Below, piece after piece: positions 36,121 to 46,451 of a DNA stretch of 64,000 nucleotides. The translations under genes and the position numbers were made by a program. The stretch's first letter is position 1. The number at the start of each line of letters is the position of its first letter. The notes beneath the pieces were generated by a model, which was given only the letters and a program-made list of their open reading frames with translations, searched no databases and had not been told where the DNA came from. This DNA is from Berkelbacteria bacterium GW2011_GWE1_39_12 (lineage in GTDB: Bacteria; Patescibacteriota; UBA1384; UBA12157), in the NCBI GenBank assembly GCA_001029735.1, contig CP011213.1:76087-140086 (forward strand). Reading direction: 5' to 3'.

Positions 36121-39100
36121 CTAGTTGACCAGAATTCCATCCAATATTCTTGGGCCTACTCCGCGTGCTCCGCTTCCGCCTCCGACTTCAATATAATGGT
36201 CACCGCTGGCTGAGCGAACGATGTCCACCGTAGCTTTTTCCACCATGCTAATGTTTGGTTTTTGCTCCATATCTGAAAGTTTTTCTGCCAGCACGTCCGC
36301 TGCCATACCAGCGCTCCCGATTGCAGAATCTGTGACAAAAATCGAAATTTTCGCCTCAGGAAATTTTTCTTTAATTTGTCTAACTTTTTTCATCAAACAA
36401 TTTATATGGCCAAACAATACGTCTGAGGATTTCAATCCGTACAAACCATCCATCATGAAAGTCATTTGTTTCGTGCCGTCGTCTAAGGTAATTGGAGCCA
36501 GCAAAACAATTTCATCGGCAATACTTCCTTCTTGTCTTTCACTCTGACTCATCAAGTAAAATTTACCAGAATCACCAAAAGTGAGATTAGTATCGTTATT
36601 GCACTCTTTAGACATACAGCCCAGACACTGACGCATATTTTCAACAATTAAATTCATATTGTTAGTTGCCCGACTGATAATTTCAATCGAATTTTGTTTA
36701 CTACTGATCAGATGATCAATTTCATCTAATCGCTGTGATAATATTTCGTTGTGGCTCGAGCCAATACTTTGACGAATCTGACCTAACTGGTTTTGGATTT
36801 GCGAAAGCGATTGATCCATAGTAGCCATTTGATCGCGTATTGAATTGAGATAATTTTGTAAAACCATATGATCTGATTGATCAAGCTTATCATCGCTTTT
36901 AACAATAATATTTTCTAAATAGCTCAAATCTTGAGATAAGGCCAATGCACCGGAATGGACAGTAAATTCTTCTCCGAGCTTCCTAAATATCGAAACAACT
37001 TCTTCAGATGGCTGCAATCTTCTTTGGAGCTCGGCGATTGATTCGTTAATACCCATTCGTTCGATATTCTTAATACTACGAACTATCAGATTTATAGATC
37101 TGGTTTGATCCTGAATTTGCTTCACTTGCTCTGGAGTCCAATCGGTTATGCTGAAAATATTCTTTAATTCCTGTTGCACTTGTCTTTCTTCAGAACTGAA
37201 TTCCGGATTCTTACCGGTTAATTCTTGAAAAGTCTTTGCTAAAGTAGACCCAACCATTTTATCGTAAGTTTGATAGAGCCTTAAAGTTTGTTTATCCTTT
37301 TCTTCTGGATAGGCATCTTCATCCTTCAGGTCCTCAATAGCTCGAGTAATATTTCCCAATTTAACGTCAATCGTTTCGACATTTCCAATCATTTGACTAA
37401 TCGTTTCATCTTGTAAAATTTCTTGAAACTCAGACAATCTCTCTTCGCCAATGCCTAAGTTTTCAGCGGTAATAGGATTGCTCGATTTGCGATCTGATAA
37501 ATAATTTTGAATTTCTGTTAAGTTATCACCCTCAAAATACTCCGACGGATCAATTTCTCCATTTTCTCTAAAAGTCTTCCATTGGTCGTTAATCATGAGT
37601 CCCAAAAAGAAACTGAGTAATCTCTCTTTGCCTGTGTCTCGATCATTAAGATTACCCATATAACGAATAATATCTTGCATGGAACGAATTTTCTCACGAT
37701 CCATCTGGTCGGGAATTTTCAACAAGCCGAATCTTTGTTTGAAATTCGATTTCATATTTTCAATAATTTCATTCTTTTGTGCTTGAAAGACTTCGGTACT
37801 AGGTAACCCTTGAGATCTTGAGGCTAAAATATTTTCCAACGTATGACGGATTTGAACCAATTCTCTGGCATTGTATTCTATTTGACCAAATGAGTTTTCT
37901 TTTTGAATTACGACTAACTGAGCTTGATAAAAAGGAAGAAGCTCTGAATTAAATTCCTTCATTTCTTTCGGTGAAAGTTGAGCAATAACTTCCCCGAAAT
38001 TACTATAAAGTGCAGGTGAAGCTTGAACAATATCGGCTGAAATGTTGTAAAAAGCTGCCTTTTCATCCTCAAGCCACTTTTCTTTAACAAACCGCTCTTC
38101 CTGATTTTGCAAAAGTTGTAATATCTCCGACCGACTTCGGTCAGCCGTAGATTCCTTCCTCCAAGTATTTTTTAATTGATAGATCAGGTTGCTCATCGCC
38201 TCTACATATTTAAGCGGCCCAGCACCACCATTTGATTTGATTAATTCAGAGAGAAGATTTGCCGAAAACGGTACCCGGCCTTCGGAAAGTTCCGACAAAG
38301 TTGTTGCGTATAATTTTTGAAATTTTTCCAAAATAAACGCTTTATTTTCTTCATGACTGAACATTTCAGTGACTCTTTCAAGGGTTGCTGGATCAAATTT
38401 TTCTGTCTCCTCAATTTGTAAATATGCACCCAGATATTCTCGCCAGGATTGTTCGTTCAGCGGTTGATCATATAACTGTATTTTTGATTGCCAATGTTTG
38501 CCAGCCAAAAAAACTTCCATCAAAACAGACAACTTGGCTCCATCGTCTTCCAATCGAAATCCTTGGTCAAGAAATTTATAGACTAAATATCGTTGAACAC
38601 CGTCCAGTAAATCGTTGGCATCAATACTCCCGACAATTTGACAAACTTGTTGTCCGCTGTAAATAACGCTTTCATCGGCAATCGAGGCTAAACTTCGATT
38701 GTGCGACCATGTTCCATTTGATGACTTTTTTGAATAAATATTGGTAATTCTTTCAGCCTTATCTTCCAGGTTAATATCCAAATAGCCGGCAATTTGGAGG
38801 GCATAATGCCCGATTTCTGGATCATCTGAAGAAAGCATCAATGGCAGAATCTCATTTTGTAGTTGTGATAAACCTTCCGGACTAAGATCGCCCTTAGCAA
38901 ATTCTGAAGCGTAATTTTCAAAAATTTCAGCGGCCTGGCGAGACACATTGCCACCCTTTTGTAACCATTGAATAACTTCATCAACTGATTTTTTGTAAAG
39001 ATCATTTTTTCCAGAAGAATATTCTCTAATAATTTGAGGCGTTTTTAGTTGATCATTCATGAATTTACTGATTCTTTTGCGCTCAGTCTCACTATTGGTC

Positions 39101-41589
39101 GGATCATTTGCCAATTCAGTAAGTAAGTCGCGGCAATTTATATCATCAAATTCCACAAATCTTTTAAAAAGTAACCGAACAATGACAGGATTTGAAGATT
39201 TAACTTCGGAAAGTCTCGTTCGAAATTCCTTAGATTGTAAATATTCGCGACACACTCGACTATCGCTGCCCAAAGCATTAAAGCCCATTAACAAATGATT
39301 CAACTGTTTTGGATTCAATTCATCGTTATAGTTTATGGCTTCTTCCAGCATTTTCTGTAAAGAATCATCAAATTTTAACCGTTCTTCACCGGAAAGATCT
39401 TCTATTACTGCGGTTCGAAGGTCTGTTGACGCATGTGCGATTTTATCTAAGATGAGTTCGTGATTTTCGCGATCGTCTATAAGATAGCCTGTAAGCATGT
39501 CCATTGCCTTCGTTTCACATTTTCCTATTCTTGCTGTAAGCATATCAGCGATCTCTGGGTCAAAATCCATTGTTCTGATAACTTCATAAGCTTCATCTGG
39601 CACATTTTCCATTCGTCCAATCACCGACATGTAAAATGGTAGCTCTTGTGCATTTACACTTTTAAGCATGTGGACCAATATTTGATCAAGTTTTTCCTGA
39701 ACTAAAGCGGCTCCATCGCCAGTTTCATTTTCAGAGTTAGCGCTTGTCCAGTTTCTAAAATCATTTGGTCGAGTTTTAATTATCTTAAATAACTCCATTA
39801 AACCTGGGATATTTTCTTCCGATAGCTTTTCTAAATCACTATCAGAAAATGATAAAACATAACGAACGAGATCATTATTTTCCCCGCTGTCACCCTTACT
39901 ACTTCGGCCTAAAAAGGGATGAATCCCTTGGTAGTTAAAATTGTAAGCATTTAAAATGGTGTAAGGCACGATTTTGGGCTCGTGAAAAGCAAAAAGATTT
40001 CTACCTGGTTTTAGTCGACTATCTTCATTTTGATCTTGTAGGTCAAGGAACCGTTTCAAAGATCTCTCCGCTAAAAATTTTTCTACACTATCTAGCTGAT
40101 CCTGTCCAAAGTGCTCAATAATCATTGGCTCATTTGCAAATATCGCCCATTTTTCAGTGTCGATTTCACCTTCCAAGTTATTAATAAACTTCCCAGTCTC
40201 TTCAGAGCCAATAAAACTTCTCAGTTTTTTAATCCGATCTTGCATCTCCTTGTAGTGATCGTATCCCAAGACTTCAAAAGCCACTTCTTCGGCTTGCTCT
40301 AAGTCTATTTCATATGTCTCAAAAACCTCTGAAAATTCCAAGAGACGATCGAAATTCGCAACCAACATAGAAAATTTTTTGAATTCTTCATCTGCCGCCT
40401 TTTCTGGTCTCCCTACAGTATGTATTTTATCCGCGATATCATAACACTGGTCTACGTGATGTGCCCTAAGTCTGCGTTCTAATTCGCTAACTTTATTTTT
40501 CATCTCTTCGGCTCGGCTGGCCATTGCAGTACTTTCTTCTCTTGGCATATCTTTGGAATAATAATAAGAAGGCCTAAAGTCTGTTGCATAAGCTTGAGAT
40601 AAGATAGCAACAACCTCATTTTTCAGCTCTTCATCCACTTCGTCGGAGTCTGCAACAAGCCTTTCGGCGAAAGCAACGTCTAATTGATCCATCTCCTCTT
40701 TGGATAGTTGGACATCTACGGGCGCATCTGTTTCGATTTCAATCAATTTTTCTTCAATTTCTGAAACCAATTTTTCATAAACAGATCTGGATAATCGACT
40801 AAAATTGTCTCCAATAAGGCGCCGCTCCGAATCCATATTTGGCACATATGCGAATGGCTGACGAGCGGTATTTAGGTCGGAAATTTGCTGTGAATCATTC
40901 ATTAGAGACTGGATTTTATCTCTTAAAACAGGAATTTCTCGTTTTTTTCCAATGACTGGCTTAAGTAAATCGCCAATCAAAAAAAATAAATTTCCGGTCT
41001 TAACATTGAGCTCGTGTCGCGTATCAAAAATTTCATTGCTTTTTCTACTTTCAGCCACATGAAGATCTTCTATACTTTCATAGCCACTTTCGGCAAGTTG
41101 AACTTTCCGGAATTTTGTTGTTAGATCGCCTACTGCTTGACGAATTGATTCGAGTTTTACATAAGAGTCATTGTATCTTTCTTGTAGCAATTTTATGGAA
41201 AGCAAAATTTTATTTAACTGTTCTAAATTAAGATCGGAACTATTTAGATATTCATTAACCTGGCTGCCTACTTCTTCGGACATTTGGGCCATTACAGCTT
41301 TCTTTTTCCCTGAATCCTCTTCTAACCTCTTAAGTTCTTGTTCGATTAAGTCAGTTGAGGTAAAACCATCCAATGGTATTTCTTCCATATCAGTACTACT
41401 TAGCCAACTCAAAAGGCGATTTTGTCCATATCTAACTTCAGTCAAAAATTTGATTGCGTCTCGAAGCTTCTGCTTTTCAATCTGTTCTTCATTTGAATCT
41501 AAATTTTCCCGAACTTCAACTTCGTTTACAATTTCAGGATTATTAGGCAACAAAGCTTCTTGGTCTTCTTTTACTTCTTCGATCCCCAT
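36121..41589 (-). CDS. Giant (1822 aa) acidic, predicted cytoplasmic, largely alpha-helical hypothetical protein embedded in the dcw cluster.
   Basis: Uninterrupted 5.47-kb ORF at low GC. No TM segment, no P-loop, no catalytic motif recognised. A Cys cluster (CLGCMSKEC) and a Gly-rich tail near the C-terminus. Confidence 0.7.
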   Translation of the reverse strand: MGIEEVKEDQEALLPNNPEIVNEVEVRENLDSNEEQIEKQKLRDAIKFLTEVRYGQNRLLSWLSSTDMEEIPLDGFTSTDLIEQELKRLEEDSGKKKAVMAQMSEEVGSQVNEYLNSSDLNLEQLNKILLSIKLLQERYNDSYVKLESIRQAVGDLTTKFRKVQLAESGYESIEDLHVAESRKSNEIFDTRHELNVKTGNLFFLIGDLLKPVIGKKREIPVLRDKIQSLMNDSQQISDLNTARQPFAYVPNMDSERRLIGDNFSRLSRSVYEKLVSEIEEKLIEIETDAPVDVQLSKEEMDQLDVAFAERLVADSDEVDEELKNEVVAILSQAYATDFRPSYYYSKDMPREESTAMASRAEEMKNKVSELERRLRAHHVDQCYDIADKIHTVGRPEKAADEEFKKFSMLVANFDRLLEFSEVFETYEIDLEQAEEVAFEVLGYDHYKEMQDRIKKLRSFIGSEETGKFINNLEGEIDTEKWAIFANEPMIIEHFGQDQLDSVEKFLAERSLKRFLDLQDQNEDSRLKPGRNLFAFHEPKIVPYTILNAYNFNYQGIHPFLGRSSKGDSGENNDLVRYVLSFSDSDLEKLSEENIPGLMELFKIIKTRPNDFRNWTSANSENETGDGAALVQEKLDQILVHMLKSVNAQELPFYMSVIGRMENVPDEAYEVIRTMDFDPEIADMLTARIGKCETKAMDMLTGYLIDDRENHELILDKIAHASTDLRTAVIEDLSGEERLKFDDSLQKMLEEAINYNDELNPKQLNHLLMGFNALGSDSRVCREYLQSKEFRTRLSEVKSSNPVIVRLLFKRFVEFDDINCRDLLTELANDPTNSETERKRISKFMNDQLKTPQIIREYSSGKNDLYKKSVDEVIQWLQKGGNVSRQAAEIFENYASEFAKGDLSPEGLSQLQNEILPLMLSSDDPEIGHYALQIAGYLDINLEDKAERITNIYSKKSSNGTWSHNRSLASIADESVIYSGQQVCQIVGSIDANDLLDGVQRYLVYKFLDQGFRLEDDGAKLSVLMEVFLAGKHWQSKIQLYDQPLNEQSWREYLGAYLQIEETEKFDPATLERVTEMFSHEENKAFILEKFQKLYATTLSELSEGRVPFSANLLSELIKSNGGAGPLKYVEAMSNLIYQLKNTWRKESTADRSRSEILQLLQNQEERFVKEKWLEDEKAAFYNISADIVQASPALYSNFGEVIAQLSPKEMKEFNSELLPFYQAQLVVIQKENSFGQIEYNARELVQIRHTLENILASRSQGLPSTEVFQAQKNEIIENMKSNFKQRFGLLKIPDQMDREKIRSMQDIIRYMGNLNDRDTGKERLLSFFLGLMINDQWKTFRENGEIDPSEYFEGDNLTEIQNYLSDRKSSNPITAENLGIGEERLSEFQEILQDETISQMIGNVETIDVKLGNITRAIEDLKDEDAYPEEKDKQTLRLYQTYDKMVGSTLAKTFQELTGKNPEFSSEERQVQQELKNIFSITDWTPEQVKQIQDQTRSINLIVRSIKNIERMGINESIAELQRRLQPSEEVVSIFRKLGEEFTVHSGALALSQDLSYLENIIVKSDDKLDQSDHMVLQNYLNSIRDQMATMDQSLSQIQNQLGQIRQSIGSSHNEILSQRLDEIDHLISSKQNSIEIISRATNNMNLIVENMRQCLGCMSKECNNDTNLTFGDSGKFYLMSQSERQEGSIADEIVLLAPITLDDGTKQMTFMMDGLYGLKSSDVLFGHINCLMKKVRQIKEKFPEAKISIFVTDSAIGSAGMAADVLAEKLSDMEQKPNISMVEKATVDIVRSASGDHYIEVGGGSGARGVGPRILDGILVN

Positions 41590-41606
41590 TAATTCCTTTT
41601 TTGAGT

Positions 41607-42827
41607 TTAAGCTTTTAGTTTTTCAACAATCTCGTCCAATTTTATTCCTCTTGAGGCTTTGATTAAAATCAAATCACTTGGATTGATATTTTTCAACAAA
41701 AATTCTACTGCGTCTTCCTTTGAAATAAAATATTCTTGAGCATTATACCTCTTTGCTGCTTCCCCTACCGCAATCACCAAATCAGCTGTTTCTTTGGCTA
41801 ATATGCCAATTTCAGCATGTTCTTCATCGCTAATGTGCCCGATTTCTTTCATTTCGCCTAAAACAACAATTTTGCGGCCAGATGACGGTAGGCTTTTTAA
41901 GGTTGATAATGCCGCTTTCATGCTCTGTGGATTAGCATTATACGAATCATCAATGATAGTTGTATTAATTTTTCCCTTCAGGACCTGCATACGGTGTTTT
42001 TCATTTCTATTCATCGATAGTCCATGAACAATATCATCGATGTTCATTTCATAAATTAAGCCAACCGCTGCTGCCGCCAACGCAGCCGAAACATTAGCAA
42101 TATTTCCCAGAGTTTTCTGGGTCACAGGTACTTTTAGACCATTATATTTGATTTCAAATGATGTCTGACCGTCAAAATCTTCTATTTTAGTTTCTATTTT
42201 TTCAGCCATAAGATCCGCTGGAACTTTTACCGAATAGCTTTTCTTTTTATGTGCTTCTTTTTGATAAATCAATTGGCATGTTTCAGTGTCAGCGTTTATC
42301 ACTGCAATACCATTTTCATCTAGAGCTTTAAAAATCGAAGTTTTTTCTTCAATAATTTTTTCCATTGTGCCAAATTTTACCAAATGTGATGGACCGATCG
42401 CCGTTAAGACGGCAACTTTCGGCTTAACAAATGAGGTTAAATATTTGATATCGCCGGGTTTGTCGGCAGCCAATTCTAAAACCAAAATCTTAACCGTCTT
42501 CTGAGTAAAGCGTCTGAAAGGAACCAATATCAAAACGCCTAACCAGCCAAGTGCATTATTCGGCGATTTATCAAAACCTAGGACAGCCAATGGAACACCA
42601 GTCTCGGTATTTAAATTACCGGTAGATTTTCGAACATCGTCGCCGAATCTTACTTTCAAAACTTCAAAAATAGCTTCTTTGGCAGAAGTTTTTCCCACAG
42701 AACCTGTAATTGCGACTATCTCCGGCTTGGTGCGTTTAAGGTAGCCTGTAGCCCAAAATTTAAGATAAGAAAAAATAAGTTTTTGCATTGCTGATATTAG
42801 TATAATCGCTTGCTTCGCCATGGTCAA
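41607..42827 (-). CDS. murF: UDP-MurNAc-tripeptide--D-Ala-D-Ala ligase (short form).
   Basis: AITGSVGKTSAKE P-loop and the DDSYNANPQSMKAAL MurF signature. Confidence 0.8.
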   Translation of the reverse strand: MTMAKQAIILISAMQKLIFSYLKFWATGYLKRTKPEIVAITGSVGKTSAKEAIFEVLKVRFGDDVRKSTGNLNTETGVPLAVLGFDKSPNNALGWLGVLILVPFRRFTQKTVKILVLELAADKPGDIKYLTSFVKPKVAVLTAIGPSHLVKFGTMEKIIEEKTSIFKALDENGIAVINADTETCQLIYQKEAHKKKSYSVKVPADLMAEKIETKIEDFDGQTSFEIKYNGLKVPVTQKTLGNIANVSAALAAAAVGLIYEMNIDDIVHGLSMNRNEKHRMQVLKGKINTTIIDDSYNANPQSMKAALSTLKSLPSSGRKIVVLGEMKEIGHISDEEHAEIGILAKETADLVIAVGEAAKRYNAQEYFISKEDAVEFLLKNINPSDLILIKASRGIKLDEIVEKLKA

Positions 42828-42858
42828 CGAAAATTTTTTTGTATTTAAAAAGGCAGCT

Positions 42859-43173
42859 TTACACTGCCTGTTTCATAGCAAGTTGTTTCGAAAAATACGG
42901 ATTTTTCTTTCGATAATTATCTATGTTAATTGCTCCGATGGAAGCACTGGTTTGCTCGTCGGCACAAACAATCATAAGATAATCGTCGATCATTTTGGTT
43001 AGAGTATCTTTGCTAGTTCTGTAACGATCATGAAGATCCTCAGGCATCTGTCTGACAAGATCGGCTGCACTGAAGACTTCTCCAATAGGCATATCAGCCA
43101 GCTTATTATCAACCATTAACTCCAGCGTTCTTAACCTTTTACCTTTAACCATCAAGACGCCTCCAAAAAACAA
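42859..43173 (-). CDS. Small hypothetical protein (about 95-104 aa) occupying the slot where murE normally lies.
   Basis: ORF between ftsI and murF with no recognised motif. Confidence 0.4.
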   Translation of the reverse strand: MFFGGVLMVKGKRLRTLELMVDNKLADMPIGEVFSAADLVRQMPEDLHDRYRTSKDTLTKMIDDYLMIVCADEQTSASIGAINIDNYRKKNPYFSKQLAMKQAV

Positions 43174-43216
43174 TATCAGTGATATTATAGGCTAAAGAGA
43201 ACGAAAAGTCAATCTA

Positions 43217-44914
43217 TTATTGAGTCTTTGGAATATTATAGTAGTCTAATAACCATCTGGCAATTTCACCGAAGGTTGGTGCAGCCGAACTTTCTGCCCA
43301 ATCAACATTTTTTGGATTATCTAATCGAACGACCATGGCAAATTTTGGATCATGGGCCGGAGCAAAACCGACAAAAGATCCGATGTGTCGATCATCATAG
43401 TAGCCGCCCCCTGGTTTTGGCACTTGGGCTGTCCCCGTCTTACCGGCAACTTCATAACCCTGAACTGCTGCTCTTTTCCCGTGACCATTAACTACGACAG
43501 AGATCATCATATCGACAGTTTTGTTTGCTGTTTCTTCACTTAAAACTTCGGCAATTTCTTTTGGCTTGCGGATATCTTCTTTATTGGAATAGTCGATCGA
43601 TTTTGAAACAATGTATGGCTGCATCAATTTGCCTTTATTCGCCAAAGAGGCTGTTGCACTTAAAATCTGCAAAGGCGTGGATGTTAAACCTTGACCAAAT
43701 GTCACAGTAGCCCTTTGGACATCAGACCATTTTTTGGAATCACTCAAATCCCCAGGGCTTTCAGTATCCAATTCAATACCTGTCTTTCGGCCAAATCCAA
43801 AACTTTTAAAATATTTATAGATAGAATCTTTTCCCAAGAGTTCGGAAATCCACACCATTGCAACATTGTCGGAATTTTCCAGAACTTGAGTCATGGTTTC
43901 TTTACCATAAGCTTTGTTTGTTGAGGTATGGATCTTGTAACCGTTCACTGCTACTTCACTGCCAAAAACTTCTGTCGTATCTGGCTGAATCTTGTTTTCA
44001 TTTATTGCTGCGGCCATTGCAAAGGGTTTGAAAACCGAACCAGGCTCCCAAGCATTGTTAATCGCCGCATTATTGAACAAAGATTGATCAGTAACTTTAC
44101 TAGCGTTATTAGAGTCATAGGTAGGATAATTTGCCATAGCAAGAATTGCGCCAGTTTTCGGATCAGAAATAGCGATAGAACCAGAATCAGCTTTATATTT
44201 TTCCACAGATTCCTTCAATACCTGCTCGACTTCATATTGAATATCATGATTGATGGTTAAGACATAGTTCGTGCCATTTCGAGCGTCAAGTGTTGAATTG
44301 ATGCCAATAACATTACCTTTCGTATCTTGTTCGCCATATGTCTCTCCACCGACGCCTTTAAGCTCATTGTTAAAATATCCTTCAACGCCATAATGGCCGT
44401 CCCCTTGAGCATCAACGAAACCCAAAACCTGACTTGCTAACTCGCCTTCTGGATACAATCGAATACTTTGAGGCATAACCGTAACACCGCTTATTTTTAA
44501 ATCGGCAACTTTCTGCCCTTCTTCTTCGGAAATTTTCTTTTTGATTGGCGGCACATAGTACTTATCATTATTTATAGTTTTAAATAGTTCTTTCTCATCC
44601 ATTCCCAAGAGAGGAGCAATTTTTTTTGCAGCTGTATCTTTATCTTTTATTTGACGGGGTACTGCAAGTACTTGATACATTCGTGAGTTAGTGGCAGCTG
44701 GAAACATATCGGAGAAATAGATATTACCACGAAGAGCTGGCGTATCATGCTTAACCATATATTGATTTTCAGCTTGGGCTGCATATGCACTATGTTGTAC
44801 TATCTGTTTTTGAAAAAGTCTATAACCCAGGGAAAAAGCAATCAACACGAAAATCGCCCCAACAATTTGAATTCTTTTATGAAATTCTTTTGTCCCGTAG
44901 GAATTTGTAGGCAT
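43217..44914 (-). CDS. ftsI: Class B penicillin-binding protein (FtsI/PBP2-type transpeptidase).
   Basis: N-terminal TM, PBP dimerisation domain, SVFKPF (SxxK), SDN, KTGTA. Confidence 0.85.
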   Translation of the reverse strand: MPTNSYGTKEFHKRIQIVGAIFVLIAFSLGYRLFQKQIVQHSAYAAQAENQYMVKHDTPALRGNIYFSDMFPAATNSRMYQVLAVPRQIKDKDTAAKKIAPLLGMDEKELFKTINNDKYYVPPIKKKISEEEGQKVADLKISGVTVMPQSIRLYPEGELASQVLGFVDAQGDGHYGVEGYFNNELKGVGGETYGEQDTKGNVIGINSTLDARNGTNYVLTINHDIQYEVEQVLKESVEKYKADSGSIAISDPKTGAILAMANYPTYDSNNASKVTDQSLFNNAAINNAWEPGSVFKPFAMAAAINENKIQPDTTEVFGSEVAVNGYKIHTSTNKAYGKETMTQVLENSDNVAMVWISELLGKDSIYKYFKSFGFGRKTGIELDTESPGDLSDSKKWSDVQRATVTFGQGLTSTPLQILSATASLANKGKLMQPYIVSKSIDYSNKEDIRKPKEIAEVLSEETANKTVDMMISVVVNGHGKRAAVQGYEVAGKTGTAQVPKPGGGYYDDRHIGSFVGFAPAHDPKFAMVVRLDNPKNVDWAESSAAPTFGEIARWLLDYYNIPKTQ

Positions 44915-44921
44915 AGTGTAT

Positions 44922-45233
44922 TTAATTACTTGAATCAGCGACTAGTCCTAAGCTGCCAGAACTATTTTTAATTTCATTCAAAGACTTTAATCTAACTGCT
45001 TCTACTTCCAAATCTTTGCCTTGAGCTTCCAATTGAGATGCTTGAGATGAAAGTTGCATGATTTGGTATTTTTGTGCTGCGCCCTGAGTGCTTTGCGCTA
45101 AATAGAAAAGAGCGCCAACAGCAATTAAAGCAATTGAAATAAATTTCAAAGATAAAGGACCGATTTTAATTTCTTTTTTAATAGTACGTTTGCGATATCC
45201 TGGTTCCCAGCTATTGGTTTGAGTCATTAACAT
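44922..45233 (-). CDS. ftsL: Cell division protein FtsL-like (bitopic coiled-coil).
   Basis: 103 aa, single TM (ISIALIAVGALFYLA), then a short coiled coil. Position between rsmH and ftsI. Confidence 0.6.
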   Translation of the reverse strand: MLMTQTNSWEPGYRKRTIKKEIKIGPLSLKFISIALIAVGALFYLAQSTQGAAQKYQIMQLSSQASQLEAQGKDLEVEAVRLKSLNEIKNSSGSLGLVADSSN

Positions 45234-45270
45234 TTACCCTCCTAAAGATAAATAGATTATATTTTCGCCA

Positions 45271-45390
45271 GAAAATTCCGCGGCAAGCTTCAAGCTTGAC
45301 TATATTTTACAGAAATTCCTTGTCGAGCTTCAACTTGACTATATTTCGTCGGAAAATTCCGTGTCGAGCTTTGGCTTGACTATATTTTTA
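45271..45390. repeat. Three tandem copies of a ~40-bp unit (GAAAATTCCGCGGCAAGCTTCAAGCTTGACTATATTTT) between rsmH and ftsL, carrying promoter-like hexamers.
   Basis: Units at 45271-45309, 45310-45349 and 45350-45390, about 80% identical. Unit 3 overlaps the rsmH stop codon. Confidence 0.7.
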
Positions 45391-46306
45391 TGGCCGCTCG
45401 AACTTTTGCTGAGCGAGCCGACGGATTGATCTGAATTTCTTCTTCAGTAGCGATAATTGGCTTAGGGGTTAAAACCTCTAAATCCGGTCGTTCGCGTAAG
45501 AAATTTTTTACAATCCTATCTTCCAATGAATGAAAGGTAATAACTACCAATCTTCCACCAGGAGATAATATTGAAACCGCTTGCGGCAAAACGCTTTTTA
45601 AATTTTCCAATTCTTTATTGACGGCCATCCGCAACGCACGGAAAGTGCCAGTAGCAAAATGAGTTTTTTGCTTAAATCGATAAGATGGCGGCGTTGATTG
45701 GCGAATAATTTCGACTAACTGATCTGTTGTTTCAATTGATTCTTTGTTTCGAACGTCTACAATTTTTCTGGCAATTTGCTTTGCGAATCTTTCTTCGCCA
45801 TCGAATAATATTTGAACTATTTCTCTTTCAGGAAATTTGTTTAAAATATCAGAGGCTGTAGTTTGAATTTTAGCATCGAGTCTCATATCTAAAGGTGCAC
45901 TACCTCTGAAACTTAAACCCAGTTCTTCAGATTTCAACTGATCGGTGTTCGGCCCAAGATCAATCAGTATACCCGAGACTTCATTCTTTTCCGGCCATTT
46001 TCTAATAATTAAGCCAATTTCGTTAAAGTTATCTTGGACTATTTCAAATCGATTGCCAAAAGAAGCCAAATTTTCATTTGCTTCGGCAATTGCCCGAAAG
46101 TCCTGTTCCACAGCTAGTAATTTGCCGTTAGGCGCTGTTTTTTTAAGGATCTCGCTCGCGTGTCCACCGTGACCTAATGTTAAATCGATAAAGTGTTCAT
46201 TTGATTGAGGGGCAAGGGTTTTAATAACTTCTTCTTTTAAGACTGGAATGTGTTTCATATTTGTCAGAAATTCCGCGAAAAGTACTCTTTTGTTGCGTAC
46301 TTTCAT
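45380..46306 (-). CDS. rsmH: 16S rRNA (cytosine1402-N4)-methyltransferase.
   Basis: MKHIPVLKEEV start (the likely true start is at 46258; the ORF track extends it to 46306). GHGGHA SAM motif. Confidence 0.85.
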   Translation of the reverse strand: MKVRNKRVLFAEFLTNMKHIPVLKEEVIKTLAPQSNEHFIDLTLGHGGHASEILKKTAPNGKLLAVEQDFRAIAEANENLASFGNRFEIVQDNFNEIGLIIRKWPEKNEVSGILIDLGPNTDQLKSEELGLSFRGSAPLDMRLDAKIQTTASDILNKFPEREIVQILFDGEERFAKQIARKIVDVRNKESIETTDQLVEIIRQSTPPSYRFKQKTHFATGTFRALRMAVNKELENLKSVLPQAVSILSPGGRLVVITFHSLEDRIVKNFLRERPDLEVLTPKPIIATEEEIQINPSARSAKVRAAIKI

Positions 46307-46451
46307 TAGTTATTTGGGACTAGCAGCCAGTGCCCCTCCTTAGATAAATCCCAATTTTGTTTTGCCCCGCCCGGCACATATTGTGACGAGTAGGACGAAT
46401 ATATGATGCAGCCGTAATTTTTGTTTTTACTGGCTGCTAGTCAAACAAGTT

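Noticed and set aside
36121-41589. Giant gene as a polymorphic toxin, RHS or secreted effector
   Set aside because: No signal peptide, TM segment, RHS/YD repeats, C-terminal toxin-like domain or adjacent immunity gene is recognisable. It is kept as a cytoplasmic hypothetical.
45271-45390. Possible CRISPR array (regular short repeats)
   Set aside because: Only three units. There are no unique spacers between them: the units abut one another. The units carry promoter-like hexamers. No cas genes are nearby. The TGATTGCTTTAAT cluster at 34817-35011 likewise lacks regular spacing.
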